24,420 nt of DNA from a virus (Duplodnaviria > Caudoviricetes): IMG/VR virus record IMGVR_UViG_3300031519_000215, positions 1-24,420 of that record; one strand, written 5' to 3'. Positions 1 through 7,944 of this stretch are shown here, piece by piece. The notes beneath the pieces are model-generated. The model was given only the letters and a program-made list of their open reading frames with translations, did no database searches and was not told the DNA's origin. The position numbers and the translations under genes are program-made. The first letter of the stretch is position 1. Each line of letters starts with the position of its first letter.

Positions 1-517
1 CAATGATAAGTAAATCCGCACCCCTACCAGTAACAGCACCACCTACACCAGCTGCAAAGTATTCGCCGCCTTTATTAGTTTCCCAACGTCCAGCTGATTT
101 GTTATCGGCTTGTAACTTAACTTCAGGAAATACATCTTTATATTCTTTTTGATCCATTAAGTTTCTGACCTTACGACCAAATCGCACAGCTAGTTCACCT
201 GTGTGAGTTGTTTGCATAATCTTCATCTTAGGTTTTTTACCCATGATGTATGACGGAAAGAAAGTAGAAGCAAATTCTGACTTAGTATGACGAGGAGGCA
301 TGTTAACAATCAAACGTTTAATCTCGCCTGACGCTACCTTGTTAAGTTTTTCTGCAAATATTTTGTGATGACGACCACATATAAATTCGGGCCACATGTG
401 TTCCACGTAGAACAAAAAATCGTTTTGGCATTTTTCTTGTATTTCAAAGCCGTCAAGCTTTTCTTTGAGCATCAGGGCTTCCTTAAGCTCTGTCTCAGTT
501 AACTTTGAGAGGTTCAT
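1..517 (-). CDS. terL: Terminase large subunit, N-terminal ATPase part (runs off the left edge)
   Basis: Not in the ORF track; translated manually. ATG at 517-515 overlaps the TGA of the upstream gene. Protein reads MNLSKLTETELKEAL...GRHHKIFAEKL...KRLIVNMPPRHTKSEFAS (terminase Walker A)...HTGELAVRFGRKVRN...AAGVGGAVTGRGADLLII (leading into Walker B). Confidence 0.95.
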   Translation of the reverse strand, partial: MNLSKLTETELKEALMLKEKLDGFEIQEKCQNDFLFYVEHMWPEFICGRHHKIFAEKLNKVASGEIKRLIVNMPPRHTKSEFASTFFPSYIMGKKPKMKIMQTTHTGELAVRFGRKVRNLMDQKEYKDVFPEVKLQADNKSAGRWETNKGGEYFAAGVGGAVTGRGADLLII

Positions 518-891
518 TGTTTTTTGCTTATTGCTTCTTGCACCTTAACTGCTTCATCTTTTATTCTTTTGACTGCTTGTTGAGCAGCAGCTCTTTCATT
601 AGGATCAATATTTTTAGTAAGTTTTATCTGTCTATTAAAGTCTACTCTTAACTTTTCATATAATTTTTCTAATTTTTTTAAAGGCATTTTGCTGTAAGGA
701 AAAGACATTCCCATAATACCACTAGTATCAGCAGCCATTTGTTGAGCTTCTTGTAAATAGTTTCTTGGCATTACTCCACCATACTCGCCAATCTCCATCA
801 TAAATTCTGGAGGTGCTTGAGTGGGTTGCGTGTTATTAAGCAGCCTTGAACTCATGTCTGCTATAGATTCTACGTTAGGTAGTTCTGCCAT
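514..891 (-). CDS. Hypothetical phage protein, 125 aa, basic helical C-terminus
   Basis: Tightly packed between neighbours: ATGA overlap with terL and a 2-nt gap to the upstream gene. Confidence 0.75.
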   Translation of the reverse strand: MAELPNVESIADMSSRLLNNTQPTQAPPEFMMEIGEYGGVMPRNYLQEAQQMAADTSGIMGMSFPYSKMPLKKLEKLYEKLRVDFNRQIKLTKNIDPNERAAAQQAVKRIKDEAVKVQEAISKKQ

Positions 892-893
892 TT

Positions 894-2294
894 TTATCTA
901 GCAAACATGCTTTGCATCGTATTTGCTGGACCTCTTGTTGCTATTGCTGGTCTAAGTTGTTGCTGCCCTTGCAATCTGTCATACATAGATTGTCTGCCAA
1001 AACGATTTCCACCGCCCCCCATCCTTGGCATGTCTCTACCTAATGGTTGATCTCTCCTACCGCCACGTCTCTGGAAATCCACCGTCATTCCACCGCCACC
1101 CATTCCTGGGAACATACCGCCTAAACCGCCACCTTGAAATGGATTACGTCCACCGCCGAAGTTACCACGTCCACCGCCACGTCCGCCACCAAAGCCACCA
1201 CGTCCGCCGCCGAATTGATTGCCGAATGGATTGCCTCTAAAGCCTCCACCCATACCGCCACCCATACCGCCACCCATTCCTGGGAAGCCGCCTCTAAATC
1301 CACCGCCCATGCCTGGAAATCCACCGCCGAACTGGGGAGGTCTACCACCACCAAATCCACCGCCGTATCCACCGCCAAACTGATTGCCACCACCGAATCT
1401 ATTACCACCGCCGAATCTGTTGCCGCCACCGAAACCTCCACCGAAGCCTCCGCCGTAACCGCCGCCCATTCCGCCGCCGCCGCCGAATTGAGGAGGTCTA
1501 CCGAAGCCTCCACCAAAATTACCGCCACCGCCGAACTGATTACCGCCACCGAACATTGGGGGTCTACCGAATCCACCGCCGCCAAAATTACCACCGCCTC
1601 CAAACTGAGGAGGTCTGCCGTATCCGCCACCGAAGTTACCGCCTCCACCAAACATAGGTGGTTGTGGCATAAAGCCACCGCCAACTTGTTGAGGTGGTCT
1701 GCCAAAGTTTCCGCGAAATTGATTACCACCATCGCTTAGCATTGGGGGTCTATTAAAATCTTGAGGTGGTTGTATAGTTGGCATATACGGTTTAGATACT
1801 GGTCGTTGAGGTGGTTGTACAGGTTGAGGCATACCAAAACTAGGTTTCGGTAAAAAGTCATTACCGCCTAATATTGGAGCTACAGGTCTGCCCATGCTTC
1901 CAGGGCCATCATTTACAGGCATAGGCTGTTTCATGCCACTTCCTGGCGTTGTAATTGGTGGTGTAAATGATATTGGATTCTCATTACCCATGCTAGGTAT
2001 TCTAGGATCTTGACCTATTTGCCCTATAGAAGTTATACCGCCCATTTCTTTTGGCAAAACAGCCATATGATTGCCAATGCCTTGCATAAGATTGCCACGC
2101 ATATTATTGCCAGATGGATTATATGGAGTTTGCATAGATCCGTCTGTATACATTTGACCGCCAGGGCCTTGAGTAATTGCCTGCGTATAAGCCATACCTT
2201 GTTGCGGCATACCAGCTGGTTTTTGCATATTATTCATTTGTTGTTGCTGCATCTGTTGCGACATTCCTGGATTGTACATCATATTTTGCATCAT
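894..2294 (-). CDS. Low-complexity Met/Gln/Pro then Gly/Phe/Arg-rich protein, 466 aa, probably intrinsically disordered
   Basis: Long ORF coupled to the upstream gene by a TAATG overlap at 2294. Repeats of GGGFGRPPQFGGGGN, GGGNRF, GGFPGMGGG and RGG. Confidence 0.8.
   Translation of the reverse strand: MMQNMMYNPGMSQQMQQQQMNNMQKPAGMPQQGMAYTQAITQGPGGQMYTDGSMQTPYNPSGNNMRGNLMQGIGNHMAVLPKEMGGITSIGQIGQDPRIPSMGNENPISFTPPITTPGSGMKQPMPVNDGPGSMGRPVAPILGGNDFLPKPSFGMPQPVQPPQRPVSKPYMPTIQPPQDFNRPPMLSDGGNQFRGNFGRPPQQVGGGFMPQPPMFGGGGNFGGGYGRPPQFGGGGNFGGGGFGRPPMFGGGNQFGGGGNFGGGFGRPPQFGGGGGMGGGYGGGFGGGFGGGNRFGGGNRFGGGNQFGGGYGGGFGGGRPPQFGGGFPGMGGGFRGGFPGMGGGMGGGMGGGFRGNPFGNQFGGGRGGFGGGRGGGRGNFGGGRNPFQGGGLGGMFPGMGGGGMTVDFQRRGGRRDQPLGRDMPRMGGGGNRFGRQSMYDRLQGQQQLRPAIATRGPANTMQSMFAR
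1070..1730. repeat. Degenerate GC-rich trinucleotide-type repeats (CCG/CCA runs) encoding the Gly-rich tract
   Basis: Many ccaccgcc/ccgccacc units, for example ccacccataccg repeated at 1246-1272 and ggaggtct recurring at about 1336, 1492 and 1609. Confidence 0.8.
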
Positions 2295-3181
2295 TAACTC
2301 ATCTCCTGTAGCTCATTAGCTATTGGGTCTTCTTGACCTTGTTGGCCTTGTTGCATTTGTTGCATGACCATTGTAAATAAATCTTCTATGTCTTCTTCAT
2401 CAAGCCCTTGTTCTTTTAAGAAATCTATAATTTCTTGTTCTCCAATGCCTTGTTGAATCATTTGCATTACAGCCATAACTAGCTGTTCTATCATTTTTGC
2501 TTGCGGAGCAATACCTTGTATTTCAGCCATAGCATCTTCTTCAGACATTTCCATGCCAGCAAGCTCGTCACCTATAGCTGCGCCGCCTTCTGCATATACG
2601 CCTCTACCTTTTAAGATATCAGCTCGAGTAACTTGACCATCGCCTGTTAAATCTGGGAAAGAAGCTTCGCCTCCGCCTGAAAACAATAAAGAAACAGGTT
2701 TCATTCCCTCTTCTTCTGGTGGTGCCATCATAGCTTGTTGTTTATTCATCTCGTCTTGATAACCACTTTGTATTTGAAACATGTAAAGTTGAGGAGCTTG
2801 TCCTAATTCTTCTGCTTTACCTCTAGCTTTATCCATAATATCTTGAAGACCCATTTTAGCTCTTGCTGCTTGTCTTCCCAATTCTTCTGGATTTGCAAAT
2901 ATGCTATTTTCAATGCTGCCTGCTTTAGTAAAACCATCTGTCATATCAACAGCGCCTGCTCCTGCTGCACCACCAATCGTTGCAGCTCTTGTTAAAGCAT
3001 TTAATTTAGATATGTCTTGTGTTCCTTGTGTTAAACCGCCTAGACCGCCTCTGCCTGGAATATTTCTACCCATCATCTCTTGTCTACGTCCTGGATTTCC
3101 TAAAACTTGTTGAGAAATGTTTTGACTTCTACCTGGTAGGCTCCTACCCATCATTTCCATTGCTGCTCTTATTTTACTCAT
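2294..3181 (-). CDS. Hypothetical virion-associated protein, 295 aa, with EF-hand/dockerin-like motif and acidic C-terminal helical domain
   Basis: Contains FPDLTGDGQVTRADILKGRGV flanked by FSGGG and YAEGG. AGGAG RBS lies upstream. The N-terminus has a duplicated EMMGRxxPGR. Confidence 0.75.
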   Translation of the reverse strand: MSKIRAAMEMMGRSLPGRSQNISQQVLGNPGRRQEMMGRNIPGRGGLGGLTQGTQDISKLNALTRAATIGGAAGAGAVDMTDGFTKAGSIENSIFANPEELGRQAARAKMGLQDIMDKARGKAEELGQAPQLYMFQIQSGYQDEMNKQQAMMAPPEEEGMKPVSLLFSGGGEASFPDLTGDGQVTRADILKGRGVYAEGGAAIGDELAGMEMSEEDAMAEIQGIAPQAKMIEQLVMAVMQMIQQGIGEQEIIDFLKEQGLDEEDIEDLFTMVMQQMQQGQQGQEDPIANELQEMS

Positions 3182-3184
3182 AAT

Positions 3185-5056
3185 TTATCTCCTGCTTCCT
3201 ATTCTAGCAGTTCCACCACTCTTTGGTCTAGCACTTGCAAAAATCATATCTCTAGGTTTTTTCTTTGGCTTAGGCTTAGGCTTAGGTTTTGGTTTAGGTT
3301 TTAAATCTTTTGGTGGCTTAGGCATATAATCACTACCGCCTAGTATGGGTGCTTTCGGCCTGCCTATTGATGGAGGCATTGGAGGTCTTTTGTTTCTTGG
3401 AGGCAGTTGCTCTATAAAAGTTTGTGGTACTGGTGATTTTGGTTCAGGCAATTTTGGCATGCCAAGATCTATACCGTTAAATCCACCGCCAGTTTCATCA
3501 AAGTCTTTGCTGCCACCTTTGTATTGGATATCATCGCCATATTCGCCCATATCTATTTTGCCTACATCAATATCTAAATCAGGAAAAGGTATATAAGGAT
3601 TTATATCATCTGGCGTAAGTGCATTTATTTTATCTATATCAACTTGAAAATCTGAAATAGGGGGTCCTCCTGGTGTAAACCCAGGACCTTTTTCATCAAA
3701 TCCAGGAGTTCCGCCTGCATAAACTATGCCATCTTTACCGCCTGGGCCACCTATTGATATTGGTTTATCGTACTTGCCGCCCATACCAGGGACTTCACCT
3801 GGCTGGTTACCTGGATCAGGTGGTAACATTGGGTCTGCAACTGAAGTGCCTTGCTCTTGTAGTGCAGCTATCTGTGCTTGTAAATCAGCAATGGTTTGAT
3901 CTCTTTCGCTTACTTGACCCTGATATTGGGTGCTTTGGCCTGTTAATTCATCTAATTGAGCTTGATAATCACCAGCTTGAGCATCAAGTGCTTGCGCTTG
4001 TTGGTCAGCAGCCTCAGCTTTAATGATGTCGTTATTAGCAATCGCTTGATCTCTTTCTGCTTCAGCTGAGTCTCTAGCACCAGTTAGGCTATCTATCTCA
4101 CCTTGTAGGTCGCCAATAGTGCCTTCTAGGCCACCAACTATGCTTTCACGCTCTGTAAGTAACTGTTGTTTTAATCCTTCTAGCGCTTTTACTTGTTCAT
4201 CGGCTGCTTGCGCTCTTATAGTATCTTGTTGTGCAACGGCTTGGTCACGCTCAGCAATTGCTTGTTCTTGCGCTGCTTGTATTTCTTGGAGCTGACCTTC
4301 AAGTTCAGCTTGTTGAGCTTCCATATCGCCACGCTCTGAGCCAAACTCTTGCTCCATTTGGCTAACAAGTTGTTCACGTTGAGCAGTTAATTCTTGTTGT
4401 TGTGCCTCTAATTCAGAAACTCGCTGTTGGTCGCCAGCTGCAATAGCTTCTTGCTTAGATGCTTCTAAATCTTGTAGTTGTTGATCTAAACCTGAAATTT
4501 GACCTTCAAATTCTTGTTTTTGGTCAGCAGTAACTTGTTCTGCGGCAGCAACAGCATCTACACCTTGCGCCTCAGCTTCGGCAACAGATTCTTCAAGTTG
4601 CGCAACCAACTCTGCTCTTTGTTTATCTAGGGCAGCTATCTGTTCTTCAATAGCTTGTTGGCTCATTTCATCTTGTTGTAAAAATGCAGCCTCTAATTGT
4701 TTTGTTAAATCGCTTTTGGTATTTATTAAATCGTCAATGTTACCTTGCAAACCAGCAACTCTATCTCCAAAGAATTTTTCTACGCCTGCAAGTTTTTCTC
4801 CAAATGTTGCTCCAAGTGATTGGACATCTTCAAATGGACGAGCGTTACCTAAAACGCTAGAAATCTCATCATCAGATAATCCTGGAATACTTGAAGCTAT
4901 TGGATTAACATCTGGAAGATTTTTGGGGGCATATCTATCAGCGTTAAAACTAAAATCGGTTGGATCAAAAGATGGGGCCTCAATTGGACCTGACACGTTG
5001 GAACCTGCCTCGGGCAAATTTAAAAAATCGTAATCTGTGTCGAAGCCATTTGCCAT
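3185..5056 (-). CDS. Coiled-coil protein of about 623 aa with acidic Q/E/A-rich centre and Pro/Lys-rich tail
   Basis: The ORF track starts it at 5185. The ATG at 5056 (MANGFDTDYDF) has GGAG 9 nt upstream and is the likelier start. Long heptad-like region, with a PK dipeptide run near the C-terminus. Confidence 0.8.
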   Translation of the reverse strand: MANGFDTDYDFLNLPEAGSNVSGPIEAPSFDPTDFSFNADRYAPKNLPDVNPIASSIPGLSDDEISSVLGNARPFEDVQSLGATFGEKLAGVEKFFGDRVAGLQGNIDDLINTKSDLTKQLEAAFLQQDEMSQQAIEEQIAALDKQRAELVAQLEESVAEAEAQGVDAVAAAEQVTADQKQEFEGQISGLDQQLQDLEASKQEAIAAGDQQRVSELEAQQQELTAQREQLVSQMEQEFGSERGDMEAQQAELEGQLQEIQAAQEQAIAERDQAVAQQDTIRAQAADEQVKALEGLKQQLLTERESIVGGLEGTIGDLQGEIDSLTGARDSAEAERDQAIANNDIIKAEAADQQAQALDAQAGDYQAQLDELTGQSTQYQGQVSERDQTIADLQAQIAALQEQGTSVADPMLPPDPGNQPGEVPGMGGKYDKPISIGGPGGKDGIVYAGGTPGFDEKGPGFTPGGPPISDFQVDIDKINALTPDDINPYIPFPDLDIDVGKIDMGEYGDDIQYKGGSKDFDETGGGFNGIDLGMPKLPEPKSPVPQTFIEQLPPRNKRPPMPPSIGRPKAPILGGSDYMPKPPKDLKPKPKPKPKPKPKKKPRDMIFASARPKSGGTARIGSRR

Positions 5057-5338
5057 ACTTTTTTTCTCCAGAAAAAATTTTGCAGGCAAGTGTGAATCTT
5101 TTGGAGAAGAATTTGAGCGAAGTGTCTCATTCCTACCTGCAAAACCTTTGGGAAAATTATAACTGGAATAGGGTACCTTATACAAGTAAAAACCAAATGT
5201 TAAAAAAACATGTGAAATTGTAACTGTAATACTGTAGATAGTAGTATGTATATGTAAGTATATATATAGGGTGTGTAGGGGTTAAGTAATACTCCGATTA
5301 CTACCGACTAATCCCGATCCTATAGAGTCCCTTAAGAG

Positions 5339-5375
5339 GGAGCGTAGCGACCGAGTTAGCAGGAGCGAAGCGACC
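5339..5375 (+). repeat. Direct repeat GGAGCG(T/A)AGCGACC x2
   Basis: ggagcgtagcgacc at 5339-5352 and ggagcgaagcgacc at 5362-5375. Confidence 0.85.
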
Positions 5376-5538
5376 AATTTCTTTATGCCTTGCAAAGAGG
5401 AGAGGGCGGTCTAGTTATACAATTATTATCTGCATATATTTAAGAATGCTGTAGTAATGCGGGTTTGCGGGGTGCTGTAATAACTATAGATACATATAAA
5501 TATAGCCCCCCTTCTCCCCTCTTCTATCTATAAGACAT

Positions 5539-5564
5539 AAAAAAGGGGCATATTTGCCCCTTTT
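5539..5564 (-). terminator. Rho-independent terminator, potentially bidirectional
   Basis: AAAAGGGGCA-tatt-TGCCCCTTTT is a perfect 10-bp stem. It gives a U6 tail on the minus strand, about 60 nt downstream of the 5624 stop. Confidence 0.8.
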
Positions 5565-5623
5565 AACCCCCCTCTTCTACTCAATAAAGTAAACAAATAC
5601 TATAAACAGAAGAGCTAGCCAAA

Positions 5624-5809
5624 CTAACATGCCTCCTTCTTGTAATGTTTATGAGAGCTGTAAACAGAATTACACGCATCTCTAAATTTGCTCTGGTCGA
5701 ATTGATTATTAAACTTGATACAAACATCAATGATTGCATTAATAGTCTCATCAGAGGCCTGAGATAGTCTCAGAGCCTCCGCGATTGCTTGGAAGTGTTG
5801 TCTAGTCAT
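5624..5809 (-). CDS. Small conserved-looking phage early protein, 61 aa
   Basis: MTRQHFQAIAEAL...FNNQFDQSKFRDAC resembles a recurrent small phage family (MTRKHF..IA...FD..RF..AC). GAGGAGG RBS; overlaps the upstream stop. Confidence 0.75.
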   Translation of the reverse strand: MTRQHFQAIAEALRLSQASDETINAIIDVCIKFNNQFDQSKFRDACNSVYSSHKHYKKEAC

Positions 5810-6113
5810 TTTTATTTGCCTCCTCTTGAAAGTGGTTATACATCTCTTCTTTTGTTCCGTAGAGGTCTAACACTTCCGCAAGTGTTAACCTCATAAGTCT
5901 GTCCCTATTCCTAGAGTCTAAGGGTGTGCATTCGTTGTATAACTTTTCTATTGCTCTACCAACCCTACAACCCCTTGAAAAGGACATATTAAACTTATCT
6001 ATTAGGTAAGTATTAAACACCCTAGGGGCTACATCTACACACTCTACAACTTCGCCAGTAGTAAAGAGAGCCACTTTAACGCGTGGCTCTCTTCTCTTTG
6101 ATTCTATATCCAT
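5802..6113 (-). CDS. Hypothetical protein, 103 aa
   Basis: AGGAGG RBS upstream; operon-like packing. Confidence 0.7.
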   Translation of the reverse strand: MDIESKRREPRVKVALFTTGEVVECVDVAPRVFNTYLIDKFNMSFSRGCRVGRAIEKLYNECTPLDSRNRDRLMRLTLAEVLDLYGTKEEMYNHFQEEANKND

Positions 6114-6114
6114 C

Positions 6115-6495
6115 TTAGAATTCCTCCTGAGTTAGTTTAACCTCTAGTTTATATCCAGCTAGTAGCTCAGTTAGTCTGTCGTCTAGCTCTTGCACCTTAT
6201 CAAAGTCTACTTGGGCTGTTACTTCGTCTACTATGTCCTGTATCTCTAGATCTTCCATCTTGTCAGCTATGCTGTCCCAATTATTGCCCCTATATTCTAG
6301 GTCTTGTATTGAGTTTTCCATATCATCTAGCTTACCAGCCATTCCTTCTATGTCGTACCTGTTGTTTAGGCGGTTAGTAACAAGCTCTATATTCTCCTCT
6401 CTTTGTTTAAGCATTTCCTCCCTTACTGTTATTCTAATAACCTCGCCGATAAAAGAAGGCGTTAGCCCACACCATTTTAATATTAAGTTCTTCAT
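6115..6495 (-). CDS. Acidic coiled-coil hypothetical protein, 126 aa
   Basis: GGAG RBS upstream; first gene of the leftward early unit. Confidence 0.75.
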   Translation of the reverse strand: MKNLILKWCGLTPSFIGEVIRITVREEMLKQREENIELVTNRLNNRYDIEGMAGKLDDMENSIQDLEYRGNNWDSIADKMEDLEIQDIVDEVTAQVDFDKVQELDDRLTELLAGYKLEVKLTQEEF

Positions 6496-6552
6496 AATTC
6501 ACACTCCATAAATTCAGCAGATTAATTTCTGCCTTGAGATAAGTTTAATTGA

Positions 6553-6573
6553 TATTATACTAAATGTATACAA
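6553..6573 (-). promoter_or_regulatory. Putative leftward early promoter
   Basis: Minus strand reads TTGTATAC-atttag-TATAATA, a perfect -10 hexamer upstream of a hairpin and RBS. No canonical -35 at 17 nt spacing. Confidence 0.5.
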
Positions 6574-6705
6574 CTGATTTGATCTAATAAATCCTTTTTT
6601 TATATAGGCTTAGAGCTGATTTAGAGGCTAAAAAAAACAACCTTTAATATATATATAGTAATAGGTAAATAGGTATAGTAGTATGATATATAGACCTTTT
6701 GGCGT

Positions 6706-6739
6706 TCCCGACTCCCGACAATATTCCCGACAATCCGAC
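6706..6739 (+). repeat. Cluster of TCCCGAC repeats
   Basis: tcccgac at 6706, 6713 and 6725; tccgac at 6734. Confidence 0.85.
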
Positions 6740-6887
6740 TGAAGCGACAGCTTCACCTCTCCCCTCTTTACAGATCAAATTGCTTATTCATTTATAAAAG
6801 TACAAGCAACTAACTAACACCCTAGATACTATTAATTATCCATAACAGTTACACCTATAGAAGATAATCATTAAATAAATATACTAT

Positions 6888-6910
6888 TTGTATACTCTTC
6901 GTGTATAATA
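6888..6910 (+). promoter_or_regulatory. Putative rightward early promoter
   Basis: TTGTATAC-tcttcgtg-TATAATA, mirroring the leftward element; followed by a hairpin and GGAG RBS. Confidence 0.55.
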
Positions 6911-6949
6911 ACCTTACGGGCAATTATTCCCGCATACGGAGAAAATAAA

Positions 6950-7372
6950 ATGAAAAACCAATTAATACAAGAAGCATATTTAACTATGCATGAAGATGGT
7001 GGTCATGCATGGCTAAAGGTCAGTATGGAATTCTTTAATAGAACTAATAGAACTATGAACAGTATTAGCTGTTACTCTTATGAAGATAAAACTAATTACT
7101 ATTTAGAAGAAGATGTTGACGCTACTTTATATTTACAAAATCTAAAAGATCAAGATATTAAAATAAACATTCATTATCTAGATGATGGAGATTATTCACC
7201 AATTAGAGATTTGTGTAGAGTATCAACAACTCTAACTTTCAAAGGTTTTAATGAAAATACTAACGATCTTAAAGCATGGCAAGACGGCTCTTTAGTTAAT
7301 ACTGATGCTATTAATAAACTTACATCAAAGCAATTAGATCAAGTATCTAGCATATTAGAAGGAGTTAAATAA
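6950..7372 (+). CDS. Early protein with D.GH.WL.V ... YLEED.D motifs, 140 aa
   Basis: EDGGHAWLKVS and SYEDKTNYYLEEDVDATLY resemble an uncharacterised family of phage/plasmid early-region proteins. GGAG RBS. Confidence 0.75.
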   Translation: MKNQLIQEAYLTMHEDGGHAWLKVSMEFFNRTNRTMNSISCYSYEDKTNYYLEEDVDATLYLQNLKDQDIKINIHYLDDGDYSPIRDLCRVSTTLTFKGFNENTNDLKAWQDGSLVNTDAINKLTSKQLDQVSSILEGVK

Positions 7373-7373
7373 T

Positions 7374-7574
7374 ATGAAACCAATAACAATAAACAATGTT
7401 GAGTGCTACGGAGATATTAAAGAAGCTGATTGCGTTCTAGTTTCTACTTGTGAAAATAGCTTTACTACATCACCAAAAAACACTTGGACTGATACTGTAA
7501 ACCATATATTAAAAGATGATGAATATATGCAAGCATGTGCAAAGCGTGGAGAAATACAAATAGAAGTATCCTAA
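7374..7574 (+). CDS. Hypothetical protein, 66 aa
   Basis: AAGGAG RBS; starts 1 nt after the upstream stop. Confidence 0.7.
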   Translation: MKPITINNVECYGDIKEADCVLVSTCENSFTTSPKNTWTDTVNHILKDDEYMQACAKRGEIQIEVS

Positions 7575-7579
7575 ACCTA

Positions 7580-7617
7580 ACCATTTAATAAGCTCCTTTA
7601 TTGGGGCTTTTAATGGT
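7580..7617 (+). terminator. Intergenic hairpin, possible terminator or processing site
   Basis: Inner stem aagctcc/ggggctt (with G-U) followed by T residues, inside an outer accatt/aatggt pairing. Confidence 0.5.
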
Positions 7618-7641
7618 ATTAACTAACGGAGATTAAGAACA

Positions 7642-7944
7642 ATGATACAGACAATAAATAAATGGGATTTTAGAAACGCTTTTAAAAGCACTAGCCAGTA
7701 TAAAGATGCTTTTTCATACGAAGGCTTAAAGGCTCTATATGATTATTTAGAACAGTATGAAGATGATACTGGCGATCAAATAGAACTTGATGTAATAGCA
7801 CTATGTTGTGATTACACAGAGTATGAAGACCTAGAAGCGTTCCAAGAGGACTATGGCGAGGATTACCAATCTATATCTGAGATTGGACAAGCAACAACAG
7901 TAATAATGATTGATGATACTAGTTTTATCATTCAAGCATTTTAA
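7642..7944 (+). CDS. Highly acidic early protein, 100 aa (FSYEGL..L.DYLE...IELDVIALCCDYTEY family)
   Basis: Recurrent phage motif DVIALCC; very D/E-rich; GGAG RBS. Confidence 0.8.
   Translation: MIQTINKWDFRNAFKSTSQYKDAFSYEGLKALYDYLEQYEDDTGDQIELDVIALCCDYTEYEDLEAFQEDYGEDYQSISEIGQATTVIMIDDTSFIIQAF

Noticed and set aside
1025-1739. Overlapping ORFs 1025-1240(+), 1121-1732(-) and 1134-1739(+), the last resembling a Thr/Ala-rich mucin or antifreeze protein
   Set aside because: Shadow frames of the Gly-codon repeats, which lack stops in alternative frames; no RBS or operon context.
3262-3320. ggctta/ggttt hexamer run resembling a telomeric or G-quadruplex repeat
   Set aside because: Fully explained by the Pro-Lys dipeptide repeat encoded on the minus strand.
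5057-5223. N-terminal extension of the 666-aa ORF to 5185, and ORF 4960-5223(+)
   Set aside because: There is a better RBS at the 5056 ATG, and the extension looks like non-coding sequence.
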